Shown here piece after piece: positions 1 to 20,002 of a DNA stretch of 64,000 nucleotides (positions within the stretch are counted from its first letter, which is position 1; each line of letters starts with the position of its first letter). Made by a program: the position numbers and the translations under genes. The DNA comes from Hypanus sabinus (taxonomy: Eukaryota): positions 37,138,001-37,202,000 of the forward strand of contig NC_082723.1 in NCBI RefSeq assembly GCF_030144855.1, given 5' to 3'. The notes beneath the pieces were generated by a model, which saw nothing but the letters and a program-made list of their open reading frames with translations, searched no databases and had not been told where the DNA came from.

Positions 1-459
1 TGAACAGCGTTGCAGCTAATAAAGCCACTGTCTCACAATACCAGAGCCCCAGGCTCAGTCCTGAGTTTGGATACAATTGGTGTAGTTTCCACATTCTCCA
101 TAAGTGGTAGAATCAGGTGGGAATTGATGAAAATATGGGGAGAATGAAAGCAGAATTAATGCAGGATGAGTGCAAATCAGTGGTTAATGGTTAATAGTGT
201 GGGTTTAGTGGGCTAGAAGGCCCATGTCTACACTGCATCTCTCTACATCCCCATTTTATCTCCATTGTCCTATTATTTTGCCCTCTTGTGCTTGTACATT
301 TTGCCCTTTTCAAAAGTCTTTTCTCCCTGAATCACCTCCTCACCAAAACCCTTGCTTTTGGTTTCCACCTCAGCTTTCCATGGGTAGAGGCTCCCAAGCC
401 TCTAGCAAGCTTAAACTCCACCAGAATTAATAAAGATGATCACAAAGGAAATATTAGAG

Positions 460-1610
460 CCAGCAAATGACTTTATGAAAAGAAAATCTTTTTGACCAGT
501 TTATTGGTGTCCTTTGAAGAAATAGCATGTGCTGTGGATACTGGGACTCCACTGGATGAACAATACTTGGATTTACAGAAAGAGTATTGATAAAGTGTTG
601 TATCAAAGATAATGCAGAAATAAAAGCTCATTGTGTAGGAAATAACATGACATGGATAGAAAATTGGTCACCTAACAAGAAAATCAGCATAAATGGGTCT
701 TTATCTGATTAGCAAGATATAGAGTGTGCCATGATGATCTGTGCTAGGACCTCAACTTACTAAACTTACATAAATAACTTGGATAAAGACATCCAAGGAA
801 TATAGATAGATTAAGTGACGGCAATATTTGGGAAAACATGAAACAGTCCATTTTGGAAGAAGAATAAACCATTTTATTGAAATGCCAGGGACTGCAAATC
901 TCAAAGGTGCAGAGGATTCTGAAAACGTTAGTGTTTTGCTGAAGACTAGTGTTAGACTTGCTGAAGGTTGATATACAGGTACAGAAAGTACACAGTTAAG
1001 AAAGCCAACAAAATAAATGTCTGTATCCAGCTCTCCTCACAACAATATAGGGTGCTTTAGTTTTATAGGCAATTAGCTCGGAGTAACATACACAGTACTG
1101 ATCATCCAAAGAAGGATGCAAATTTCTTTTAAGCAATTCTGAGTAGTTTCATCAAATGCCTGGAATGGGCAAGTTGTCAATTCCAGAATAGGCTGGGCTA
1201 GTTTCCCTTGGAATTCTGATGTGAGAAGGTACTTGATTTAAACATATATAACCCTAAGCAATCTTGAATGAGATAGATATGAAGAGCATGTTTTCTCTTG
1301 TAGCAGAATAATGAGTTAGTGGAGTCACTGTTTCAACTTGGGGGAATAGTAGAGGCATAGCTCATAAGAAAGAGGACCTCAGAGGGTTTGGAGGTCTTTG
1401 GAACTCTTCCCCAAAGGTTGATGAAAGCCAATTCTTTGAACATTTTAGGGTAGAAGTAAATACTGTGTATTCTGATAACATATTTAAGTAGTACCAAGGG
1501 TAGATGAGAATGCTGAGTTCATAGTATAATCAGATCAATCATAATCTTATTAAATAGTAAAGCAGCCTCAAGAGACTGAGTGGTCCACTTCTGGTCCTAA
1601 TTCATAAGCC
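460..1610 (+). mobile_element. Decayed CR1-type LINE (RT region to 3' end)
   Basis: Degenerate CR1 RT motifs (LLxxFEE...VD...YLDxQK) followed by a CR1-like 3' end; no intact ORF. Boundaries approximate. Confidence 0.65.
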
Positions 1611-1884
1611 CTGTAATTTTACACAGGGTTTGAATGTATTGGAATAAACAGGTTTATAGTCAACAACTTCAGAGACAGGTGAATTAAGACAAGGCAGCAA
1701 AGTTAAAGAGGTAAAAGCAAGTAGTCTTAATAACTGTGAAAATATAACATTTAAAGCCCATCTTAGAAAAGTGAGTGTCTTTTCATCACAGAGATTGAAA
1801 TATCAATATTGCCGTCAGGGAGAACAAGTCTGTGGAAATGAGCAAAGATAATATCCTTATGCCTCAGGACTCACTCATTCTATT

Positions 1885-2092
1885 TCTGGTGTTCCCACAA
1901 CCGCATTAAGAACTCTTCATCTTGCTATTTCATACTCATTTATTTATATTTGCACTTGCAGTTTGTTGCTTATTGATCTTGTTTTTTAGTTACTGTTCTA
2001 TAGATTTGCTAAATATGCCCACAAGAAAAAAATTCTCAGGGTTGCATGTAGTGCCAAGTACATATTCTGATAATAAATTTTACTCTGAACTT
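1885..2092 (+). mobile_element. Rex1/Babar LINE 3' end
   Basis: Ends in TCTGATAATAAATTTTACTCTGAAC, the same tail seen at ~39870-39900 and ~56560-56590. Confidence 0.55.
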
Positions 2093-2439
2093 TTCAGCTG
2101 TAATCTTCCAGCACCACCACCCTGCAACATTTTAAGAATAAAGGCTCTAAGGCCAAAACATCAACTGCCCATTTCCCTTCGTAGATCTGCCAGACCACTG
2201 AATTCATCCAGTCCCCGTTTTGCCCCAGGTTTCCAGCATTTGCAGTTTAGTGTGTCCACATTTCATAGATCCTCACTTAATGAAAAAATGGCATGAACAT
2301 GCCAGTCCTCATCTTCAAACCAGGCTGATCAAGGAATTAATGAGAAGTAAAAAAGTAAACTTCTAGGTCCACTTTCGAAATGAATGAGACAAGTGCAGAC
2401 TTAATGGAGTTTCAAATAAATCATTGAGAAGATCATGGA

Positions 2440-4730
2440 TGAAGCCATAGAGAACTTGACTTCATTTAACTACAAGTCCACTTATCCAATGACCACATCA
2501 GATGCAATCTCACTGGCTCTCCACTCAGCTTTGAAATACCTGGACAACAGCAACACCTCGGTTAGGCTGTTACATATTTATTTCTGCTCAGCACTTAACA
2601 CTTACCAACCCCTCAGTACTAACCAACAAATTTCAAAATCTGGACCTTTGTACTCCCTCTGCAACTGGATCCTTGACTTCCTCATTAGGAGACCACAGTC
2701 AGTGTAGATCAGAAATAACATCTCTTCCTCACTGATAACACCGGACAAATTTTTTCAAAAGTGTTGCTTCCTCAGAAATGTTTTGGTTATAAATAGGCCA
2801 TTTGAAGCTGAACACAAATATAATTTCAGATTATTAGTATCACATAGGAATTTGGAGAAACAGGAAATTAACTTTTATTGAATAAAATGTGTTTAATTAC
2901 ATAACGGTGCTAATGCTTTGCAATACAGGTAGTTTGACTAAGCTAAAATGGTTTGTTGATGATTTTCATTTGTACTCAGTGACTGAGGCTCCTTGCTTAA
3001 GCGTCCAACAATAATCAGCCAGCATTGATCGATTCCAGTTGCTCTGATATTGTTTCTCTATGACTGCAATGTCCTGGTGAAACCTATCACAATGCTCATC
3101 ACTGATAGCGCCAAGATTTGCAAGAAATAAATCTAAATAGGAATATAGAAAATGAACCTTTAGTGACATGTTGCACTTCATTGTTTGTATGCTTGAAGCA
3201 TGTTGTCAACCAGCTGCATGTAGTTTGGTGCTCTGTAGTTGCCAATAATTTTTTCATCAACATCCTTGAATGCCTTCCATGTGATTTTCTCCGGTCCCAC
3301 TAGAAGTTATTCGAATTGCCTGTCATTGATTACCTGTTTGATTTGTGGACCAGCAAAAATGCTTTCTTTAATCTTGGCATCAGTACTTTTGGGAAACATC
3401 TGTCTCAGATTTTGAAATCCTTCACCATTCTTGCTCATCACATTCATAAATTTTTTCATGAGCCCCAGTTTTATATGAAGAGGAGGCAAAAATATCTTCA
3501 ATGGGTCTACAAGTGGCTCATGTGCCACACTTTCTGCCCTGGAACCAACTGCTCATGGAGTAGCCAATCTTTTTAATGTAATGAGATTCCTTAGCATGGT
3601 TGCCCCACTCGCAAATGAAACAACAGTATTTGGTATATCCAAGCTGCATTCCTAGCAGCAGCCTTTCTAAAACCTATCCTGCCATGCAGCAACCACCCTG
3701 CCTAGGCATGCCAGGACAAGATAGAAAACATTTCAGCTTACATTGTAGGCAGCATTTTAATAAACTTGAATTATGAATTGAAATAACAAATATCAGCAAT
3801 TTTTTAAAAATTGTGCATGATATGGAAATTTCATGGTGATTTTCATGATTTGCAGCCCAAAGTACACAAGATACACCAAAAGTATTCAGGAAGCAAAATC
3901 TTTGTTGTCCATTGTAATCAATACAGGCACACTTCAAGGATGCATGCTCTACCCCTCTACCCTCATGACTTTGTGGCTAAGTAGAGGTCAAACACAATCT
4001 ATAAATTGGATGATAATACAACTGTTATTGGCAGAATCTCAGACAATGATGAGAAGATGTACAAGAATGAGATATTTCAATTAGTTGAATTGTGTCACAA
4101 AACAGCATGTGATTCCAACCAAATGATCATGAACTTCAGTGAGGGGAAGTCAGAAGAATATACACCAATCCTCATTGACAGGTCAGCAGTGGAAAAAACA
4201 GTGAGAAGTTTGAAGTCCTGGGCTCCAAAGAATCTATCTTGGGCCTAATATATTGATGTAATCACGAAGGCAGCAGCTATACCTCATTAGGAGTTTGAGA
4301 TTTGTTACATCACCAAAGACTCTAGCAAATATCTACAGATGCACTGTGCAGAGCATTCCGAGAGGTTGCATCACCAACTGGTATGGAGGCTCCAATGAAC
4401 AGTCCACAATCTCTTTGTTAAGGACATCTTCCAAAAGACTGTGCCTCACTGGGGATCCTCACCATTCAGGACATGCCATCAAAGGTACAGGAGTATGAAG
4501 ATACACATTCCAAATTTATTTACTTTTTTTAAAAAATGGAACAGCTTCTTCCTCTCCATGAGATTTCTGAATGAGACATAACACCTCACTGTTTCGCTCT
4601 CTCTTTGCACTATTTTATACAAATGTCTTATTGTAATTCATAGTAATTGTTTTACTTATTGCACTGTACTGCTGCCACAAAACAATAAATTCAATGACAT
4701 GTCAGTGATAAACCCGATTCTGATTCTGCA
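2440..4730 (+). mobile_element. Rex1/Babar-type LINE remnant, split by a DNA transposon at 2739-3914
   Basis: RT remnants DAISLALHSALKYLDNSNTSVRLL, LCNWILDFL and DDNTTVIGRISDNDE; (GATTCT)n tail near 4716-4728. The sequence reads continuously across the insertion (ACTGATAA / TCAATACAGG). Confidence 0.8.
2739..3914 (-). mobile_element. Chapaev3-type (CMC) DNA transposon, internally deleted
   Basis: Transposase remnants LLLGMQLGYTKYCCFICEW, PPLHIKLGLMK, KIKESIFAGPQI and MSLKVHFL...SDEHCDRFHQDI...MLADYCW. Imperfect TIRs CACCGGACAA / TTGTCCATTG. TAA target duplication at 2736-2738 and 3915-3917. Family assignment is from recalled motifs and the 3-bp TWA TSD. Confidence 0.75.
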
Positions 4731-4894
4731 TTGCACTGAAGAGGTAAGTAGAATGAATTTGCATTCAAATAACTATCAAGGAGTTCAAATATGTTTGAAA
4801 ATTTATCTCAGATTTGTTTGGGACTGTGTCAAAAATAAAAAACAATCCATGGAAACAAATTGCAAAATCAAACACAATGATGTTGCTGCTTTTA

Positions 4895-5385
4895 AAAACA
4901 CAAACACGAGAAAACCTGTAGATGCTGGAAATTCAAGCAACACACACAAAATGCTGGTGGAACGCAGCAGGCCAGGCAGCATCTATAGGAAGAAGTACAG
5001 TCGACATTTTGGGCTGAGACCCTTCGTCAGGACTAACTGAAAGAAAGGATAGTAAGAGATTTGAAAGTGGGAGGGGGAGGGGAAAATCCAAAATGATAGG
5101 AGAAGACAGGAGGGTGAGAGGTGAAGCTAAGAGCTGGAAAGGTGATTGGCAAAAGGGATACACAGCTGGAGAAGGGAAGGATCATGGTACAGGAGGCCCA
5201 GGGAGAAAGAAAGGGGGAGGGGAGCACCAGGGGGAGATGGAGAACAGGCAAGGAGTGATCGTGAGAGGGGCAGAGAGAAAAAAAGAGGGGGGAGAAGAGA
5301 GAGAGATAGATAGATAGATAGATAAATAAATAAGGGATGGGGTAAAATGGGGAGGAGGGGCATTAACAGAAGCTAGAGAAATCAA
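4895..5385 (-). mobile_element. Penelope-like element terminal (pLTR-type) fragment with (GA)/(GATA) microsatellite
   Basis: ACACACAAAATGCTGG...CAGGCAGCATCTAT...GACCCTTC motif, repeated at ~6086, ~23183-23370, ~30380, ~53975-54100 (inverted) and ~57225. At 6086 it is contiguous with GIY-YIG remnants. Confidence 0.6.
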
Positions 5386-6085
5386 CATTGCTGCTTTGAT
5401 CAATTTGCCAGAAAGTACTGTTTGAGCGTGTGATATCTTAGAACATCAGTGCACAAATTCTTTTGCAGGGAGGACAATCATAGTTACTTCTGAGAGCCAA
5501 TTAAATATGCACAATGTTAACAATACATAACCAGATATTGATACTTCAACCACAAATGAATTTGCTAATGTTTACCAGACTAGTTTCTATCAGATCACTA
5601 TAATACAACACCAATCCAACAATGACGAATATGGAGGAGATTGTGACTGGGGAATTTGTGTACTTAACAAGATAATCAGTAGAAATAAATTTTTAAAATC
5701 TAATTAATGCTGGAATTGTATGTACCCTATGTAATTTTAAGCACAAGGAAGCGTGGTTTGGGGTTAAAAGGAAGTTAAAATTTGTAAATTTTCATTGTCA
5801 TCCCAGCCCATCAAATTTTCAAACAGATTTTCACAAACAAAAGCGTCAAAGAAACTTGTATTTGTGGGTCTTTCATTCAAAAGTATTTTGCTTATCTTGA
5901 GGGGCCATTGTTATACTTACCAAATCAATGGAAGGGAAAATCCAACACCACTGAGGATATCCAAAAGTGTATGGCTTACTTTTCCCAGTAGTTACAATGA
6001 ATTAAATAATGTTTTGCTTCAACTCTATTCAATATATTCACAATTTAAACTTAAATGTATAAAAACCATACATAATTTGACATAA

Positions 6086-7300
6086 GCAACACACACAAAA
6101 TGCTGGAGGACTCAGCAGGTCAGGCAGTATCTACAGAAATTAATAAATTGTAGACGTTTCAGGCCAAGACTCTTCAGGACTGGAAAGGAAGTGGGAAGAT
6201 GCCTATGGGGCAAAGGGATGAGTTAGCTAGAAGGTGATAGCTGTAGTCAGGTGGGTAGGAAAGATAAGGGCTGGAAAGGAAGGAATCTGATAGGAGAGAG
6301 AAAAGTGGACCATAGAAGAAAGGGAAGGAGGAAGGGACTCAGGGGAAGTGACAGGAAGGTGAGAGGAGGTAAGAGGCCAGAGTGGGGAAAAGAAGAGAGG
6401 ATGCCATTAGGCTGGTGACTATCCAGACAGAATACAATGTGTTGCTAGACCAGACAAAATTCAAGGAGTTGATCCTCTACCCTGACAGTGCCCTCATTTG
6501 GTGCATAGGGCCAACATATTGGAATGTTTAGCCAACAGATCGGAAGGGGAAAGAGAATTTGAATTAAAATGTTAAGCCACCAGGACGTTCCACTTTTGGT
6601 GAATAAAGTGGATGTGCTTGATGTAGTGGTTCCCCAATTTACAACGGGTCTCAGTATTGTAGAGGAAGCCTCATTTGGAGCACCAGACACAACAGATGAC
6701 CCCAGCAAATTTGAAGGTGAACAACTGCCTCACTTGGAAGGACCATTTGAGGTCCTGAATGGAGATGAGGAAGGAGGTGAATGGGCAGTTGTAGCATTTT
6801 GGCCACTTGCAGTGATGTGCTGGAGGGAGATTAGTGGGGAGGGATGAATGGACAAGGAAATCATGGAAGGGAGTGATCCTTGTGGGAAGTAGAGGGGGAG
6901 GGAGGTAAAGATACGTTTGGTGGTAGGAACCCTTTGGAGGTGGCGGAAGTTGTGGAGCATGACACATTGGATGCGGAGGCTCAAAGGGTGGTAGGTAAGT
7001 ACAAGGGGAACTCATCACTGTTGAGGCAAAGGGAAGATGAGGTGAGCACAGATGTTTGGGAAATAGAAGAGATATGGCCGAGAGCAGCAATGGTGGAGGA
7101 AGGGAAACCCTATTCTTTTGAAGGAAGAGGACATCTCTGATGTCCTGTAATGTAAAGTTGGAACAGCTGGGAACAGATGTGGCAGAGATGAAGAAACTGA
7201 GAAAAGAGAGTAGCATTTTTACAGAAGACATGAGGTGTGAAGCTATACAAAAAAGATAACCATAGAAATCAGAAGGTTCATAAAAGTTGTCAATCAACAG
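6086..7300 (-). mobile_element. Penelope-like retroelement remnant (GIY-YIG endonuclease region)
   Basis: Minus-strand remnant SFQVRQLFTFKFAGVICCVWCSK, continuing as a degenerate GxLYxxET..LG..xxEH GIY-YIG segment; frameshifted. Confidence 0.7.
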
Positions 7301-7539
7301 TTTGCCATATTCATGAAGTAAAACAAACAATTCTTGAAATATAAAACAGAAAATCAGATGAGTATTGCTTGTGCCAATAATAATCACATTTGACACCTGT
7401 TGCTTTGTTTCTTTCATTTATGACCCAAGAGACAGACTTTTTGCCCATCACATCTATGCAGACTCTCAGAGAATCTTATTCTTCCAATAATTTCCTTGCA
7501 AATCTATTCTCTTACATACCTATTAATATAACCAGTTCT

Positions 7540-7720
7540 CCAACCAGCCACCCACACAAGAAGCAGTTTACAACAGCTAATTAACCTATGAGCCCCACAT
7601 ATTTGACATGTGTGAGGAAAGCAGAGCCCAGGGTGAAAACCCATGTGGCCACGAGGGAGAATGTGCAAACTCTACATTAATAACATTGGAGTTAAGAGAT
7701 AGCTGCAACAGAACACTACC
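7540..7720 (-). mobile_element. HE1/V-SINE-like fragment (related copies at ~1-230, ~31790-31900, ~32100-32390, ~58960-59120)
   Basis: Shared motif AATTAACCT...GGGAGAATGTGCAAACTC, recalled from elasmobranch SINEs. Confidence 0.5.
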
Positions 7721-8204
7721 CTTTCCTCTTTCCTTATGTCATACTCAAATAAAGAATGAACTTTCAAAAACCACAAGAAAAAAAATCCAAATCTACATTT
7801 GAAAAGACCATACTTTAATAATCAACCAATAGTGTCAAACATATAAAGGGAAATTTATTGTTTAATTGTTGAAATATTTGAGTTATTTCTGGTAAAAAGA
7901 TATGGATTTGAGCAGCAAACATGGCTTATTCAAATTCAGGACAATCACATCAGAAGTTAACTGGGGTTGGATAGGTATAGGATAATGCATTATAGAACTT
8001 CTATATAAAGTCCTAGAGGGGGTATAATTAACCTCTAACTACCACAACCAACGTTCTTTGTGAAAAATACAACTCTAACAATTGGAATGTTTTCCATTTG
8101 AGGCCTATTGGTACTTTTCTACAATGATGGGCAGATGTCAAAGTTGTGCATAACAATATTGAACCAGCATGGTCCAAGGCACAGCTATCTCAGGAGCACA
8201 GGCT

Positions 8205-8700
8205 CAAAGTCAGAAGTACATTGATTATCAAAGTACATATGCAACCCCGAAAATTATTTTCTTGCAGGCATACTCAATAAATCCAATAACCTTAATAGAA
8301 TCAATGAAAGACCACACTAAAAGGGTAGACAACCAATGTACAGAAGACAACTATGAAAATAGAAAGAGCATAGTAATAAACAAATTACAAGAACACAAGA
8401 TGAAGAGTACTTGAAAGTGAGTCAATAGGTTGTGGGAACAGTTCAGTGATGGGGCAAGTGAAGTTATCCCCTTTGGTTCAGGAACCTGATAGTTGAGGGG
8501 TAATAACTGTCCCTGAACCTGGTACTGTGAGTCCTGATGGCAACAGCGAGAAGACAGCATGACATGGATGGTGAGGGTCTCTGATGATGGATAATGCGTT
8601 CCTGTGACAACACTTCATGTACATTTGTAGATGTGCTCAATAGTGAGAAGAGCTTTATCTGTGATGGACTAGGCCATATCCACCACTTTTTGGTCAGGTG
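8205..8700 (-). mobile_element. Rex1/Babar LINE 3' fragment
   Basis: Remnant HSTRFRDSYYPSTIRFLNQ typical of the Rex/Babar C-terminus, followed by the family 3' UTR. Confidence 0.7.
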
Positions 8701-11393
8701 CACTACAGCAGATACATTGTCTCCTTTACTCTGTCAATAATTTAAATTTTTTTTTGGTATCACAGATAGAAATAAATGACCTGAAGACTGGCTTGTGCCT
8801 GTGGGGTCCTCAATAGGAAACTAACATGGAATATCTATGCAACATAATTAAATATTTTCAGCCTTGCCTTTTGCTCAAACAAAGCCCCACCATCAAAGAG
8901 ATTCTTGAAGCCTCTTTTTATTCATATTTAATTGCCCACACCTACTCATAACTAGATCCCATCCACTGGTTGCAAGATCACATAGACCAGTGTAGTGCAA
9001 CTTTTCAGTATACTTGAGCCTCATTAAGTTGGCATTTCATCATCTGTAGGTATTCTTGCAGCTGCTCCTGTCATGCCCCTCTGCACTCCACATTGATCCA
9101 TGGCTGGACAGTAATGATAAGAGGTATGCCAGCCATGGAGGGGTTATAGATTATAGTAATGAATATTCTTGATGCCACAACTCATGGAACTCCAGTTCAA
9201 GGTGCTAGATCTGTGCATTTTATTCAGCACAATGGTGTCTCTGCTGAGAAGTCATGAGACTTTGTCTTCACAAAGACTGTTCTATGGTCACTTCTATTAG
9301 TGTTATCAGACAGATGCGCTGGCAATAAGAAGAATGGGGAGGATGCGGTAATATTTTTCACTGCGTTCTGGCAACCATGTCTTTCAAAACTTGATTAGTG
9401 CTTCCAAGCTACTCTTGGTGATGAACACTGATATCCCGAATCACAGCACATCTACTGGAAATGGAGGCGGACTCATCAGCTGAGATAATATCTAGTAATC
9501 AGAAGGAGGCTTCTATTTGATTTGGAGTCTGCAGGTCATTCTTGTTCTGCCTTAAATACCACAGTGCCAGTACCTAGGGATTATCATGGCACCTTGTCTG
9601 CAAGATAACATCTGCGTGATCCTATGAGTAACAACGTCAGCCTATTGCCTGACCAGTCCGCTTAACAGCCTTCCCAATTTAGACATTGCTTGATAGATGT
9701 TTAAGAGCTTTGCAAAGTCAAGCAAGCTGGAAGCAACTTTGCTGTACCCAAATTTAATCCCTAGATCTATAGCAGGTGGTCTATCAATAAAACTTTTCCC
9801 CTTTTTTTGTAAATGAAGTGGTAATTCAAGAGAGCCATATTTGTCCATTTCAGAGTCATTATTAATCATAGTTTGACCTCAGGCAGAAGTTAAACTAGAT
9901 AGGGATGGCAGATTTCTCCTACAGAAGATCAGTCAGATAGATTTTTCAACAATTTAATGTTTTTCATGATCATCATCGGTAAGATAAATTATTTTTCCAA
10001 AATCATCATAATTTTGAAAAACAAATTCCACAGAAGCTATTTTGAGATTTGAACCCACGTGTCCAGATTGTTAAATCAAATCTCTAGATCAGTAGTCCAA
10101 GAATTTAACTCCCAGATCACTGCATACCTTGTTAGAATTACTAAGCTTAGATCAGAAAAGACATATCCACCTTTCACAACCTCCACCATCCAAAATTCTT
10201 TACAGCCAATGAAATTTATCGTGTTATCAATACAAGAATGTAGAAAATACCAAACCCAATGGTTATAAAATATGATTACATATTAAATTTGATAAGATCT
10301 ATCTGCTTTAGCAAATGCCAATTCAAGGATAAATATTGATCAGGGTTCAGAAGAGCCAAGTTGTTTTACATTAATCTGAGAGGGCAAAGAAGAGGTTGGC
10401 TTAATACTCCTTAAATTCATACCAGTCATTCAATAAGTACAAGGCAGAAATCTGTCAAATACAGGGACTTGCTGGAATATAACTGATGAAAGACTTATGA
10501 AATACTTTAAAGATGTGTATTTCCAGGATATTCAAGCAGTGATATATATGAAAATACTTTCTAATCCACTCATTATGCACATTCATATCAAGGACAAGAA
10601 CACATTCACTGAATACAAATGCTACTGTCACTAGTATATTACACAACACTGAAATGACAATAACATGAATTTTTTGATTATATTTCCCTATCTAAATGAA
10701 ACTAATCAACAAACAGTGGGAAAATTGCATTTCATTCCAACAACACCTGTCCGAATGAATAATCATGATACCTTTCCCTCTCAGAAATTAATGCAAAGTA
10801 CGGTTATATTTCCCGGAATTTATTGGATAAGGGTTTTGATTAAAACTTTGCACGATATTACAGAGAAATTAACAAACTAATTCACTGGCTAGGGAATTTG
10901 CAGCAGCAAAGTCGGGATGTATTTCTAGGGCCGAAGAAGAATATCAAGTACGAAATAACGTTTCAAGCCATTGCTAATTTAAAATCTACCGCTCATTGAA
11001 ATTTATTAAGTTCTATCGCTACATTAAATTTATGAAGGACTACGAAACAAAAACCAGGTATATAGGTTATATAATCCTATGAAACGCAATTAACATCCTA
11101 GAGTTTGTAAGTCCCCCACAAACGCAGGCTACATTTAGGCTTTCATTAATATCGTTTCACATTCTTGTTTTCATCCGTCTCGATCCAGAAAATGCATTGC
11201 TTGTTAAATGTTTGCAACAGTTGTCATGCTAACAGCGTCCGTTTCTTTAAGCGCAGAAGTCGAAAATATGAGAATTGGTATTTGTGTGTATATAAAAGTG
11301 TAGATCATACAAATGAACTCAAAATTGCATGCTACAAGTTATATTGCAATATTACACTATATTTGAAATATATCCAATTTCCCACCAACTCAC

Positions 11394-11729
11394 TGTCTGT
11401 GGTTGGTCTATCCAGTCAACTTCAAACCCATCAAACGCGTGGCTTTGGATGTTCTTGTTTAACTCCCTGATCAACATCGGCTCCACTTGCCGCAGAAAGC
11501 GAACCAGACGCGGAAAATCAACCGATGGCTCGACGTTCTGATCCAGGACGGGGAGCTCTCGGCCGTCGTTCAGCTCTGTCTGCGTACTGATCTCCGCGCT
11601 ACGTCGTATCTGCACTGAGGCTTCGGCACGCCGAACCTCAACTGTTTGACAAACTGCGTCACAGAGCTCAGGAGCTTTTCTCCAGCGCGACTCCACTGAC
11701 ACGGCCTCTTGCACCTCATCGGTGAACAT
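11394..11729 (-). CDS. DYNC2I2: WDR34/DYNC2I2 (dynein-2 intermediate chain), first coding exon; later exons not located in this window
   Basis: [19 protein letters not shown]...CQTV...ISTQTE...[32 protein letters not shown] matches the recalled WDR34 N-terminus ([17 protein letters not shown] motif, QT light-chain-binding motifs). Phase-0 donor ACA|GTGAGT after 11394 (112 codons). Head-to-head with SET, as in human. Confidence 0.9.
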
Positions 11730-12254
11730 GGTCCGTTAAGTTATAAAACCAAATAGAATCTAAATCGATTTTAGTTTATTTCTTAACCGAAATGTTCAGA
11801 GCTAAGGACTCATCCGCCTCCCACACACACAAAAAAGAACCCTCTGTCACACAGAGCATGAGCTAATATTCGACGCGACCCAATCAGCGCGCCCCGTCGC
11901 CATGACGACCTGGTCCAATTGGTGCCCAATGCCTCCTGACGTCACCGTGGCCCTCGCGCCGCCACGGCCGCCGCCAAGACTGGCCAATGGAAGGCAACGC
12001 TGAAGGGTATGTAGGCGCAAGGGCGGCTCACTGCGCATGCGTGGTAGTTTGGAGCGCTGTGGTGTGTACGCGCGCGTGCGTGTGGAGCTATTGGGCTCGA
12101 GCGTTTTTTTACTGTGGTAGAGGCGCGAGACCCACTGAGCCTTCGAGGGGGGAAGAGAGACCGAACCAAGGGAAGATTAAAAAAAAAGCGCGAGTCAGAG
12201 CTTTTCATCTTTTTTTTCCTCCTTTTTTATTTCCCCCTCTTTCCTTCTTCCAAG
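11730..12254. promoter_or_regulatory. CpG-rich bidirectional promoter shared by WDR34 and SET
   Basis: 525 bp between the divergent ATGs. CCAAT boxes at 11880, 11915, 11926 and 11984; perfect CRE TGACGTCA at 11937-11944; NRF1-like TGCGCATGCG at 12032-12041; RFX X-box-like GTCGCCATGACGAC at 11896-11909. CpG density is high relative to the flanks. Confidence 0.85.

Positions 12255-20002
<7,748 letters not shown>

Noticed and set aside
5915-5980. WDR34 exon 2 (minus-strand YTFGYPQ resembles YTLGYP)
   Set aside because: No acceptor in place and the expected following motif (VTSISWNSTG) is absent; treated as chance similarity.
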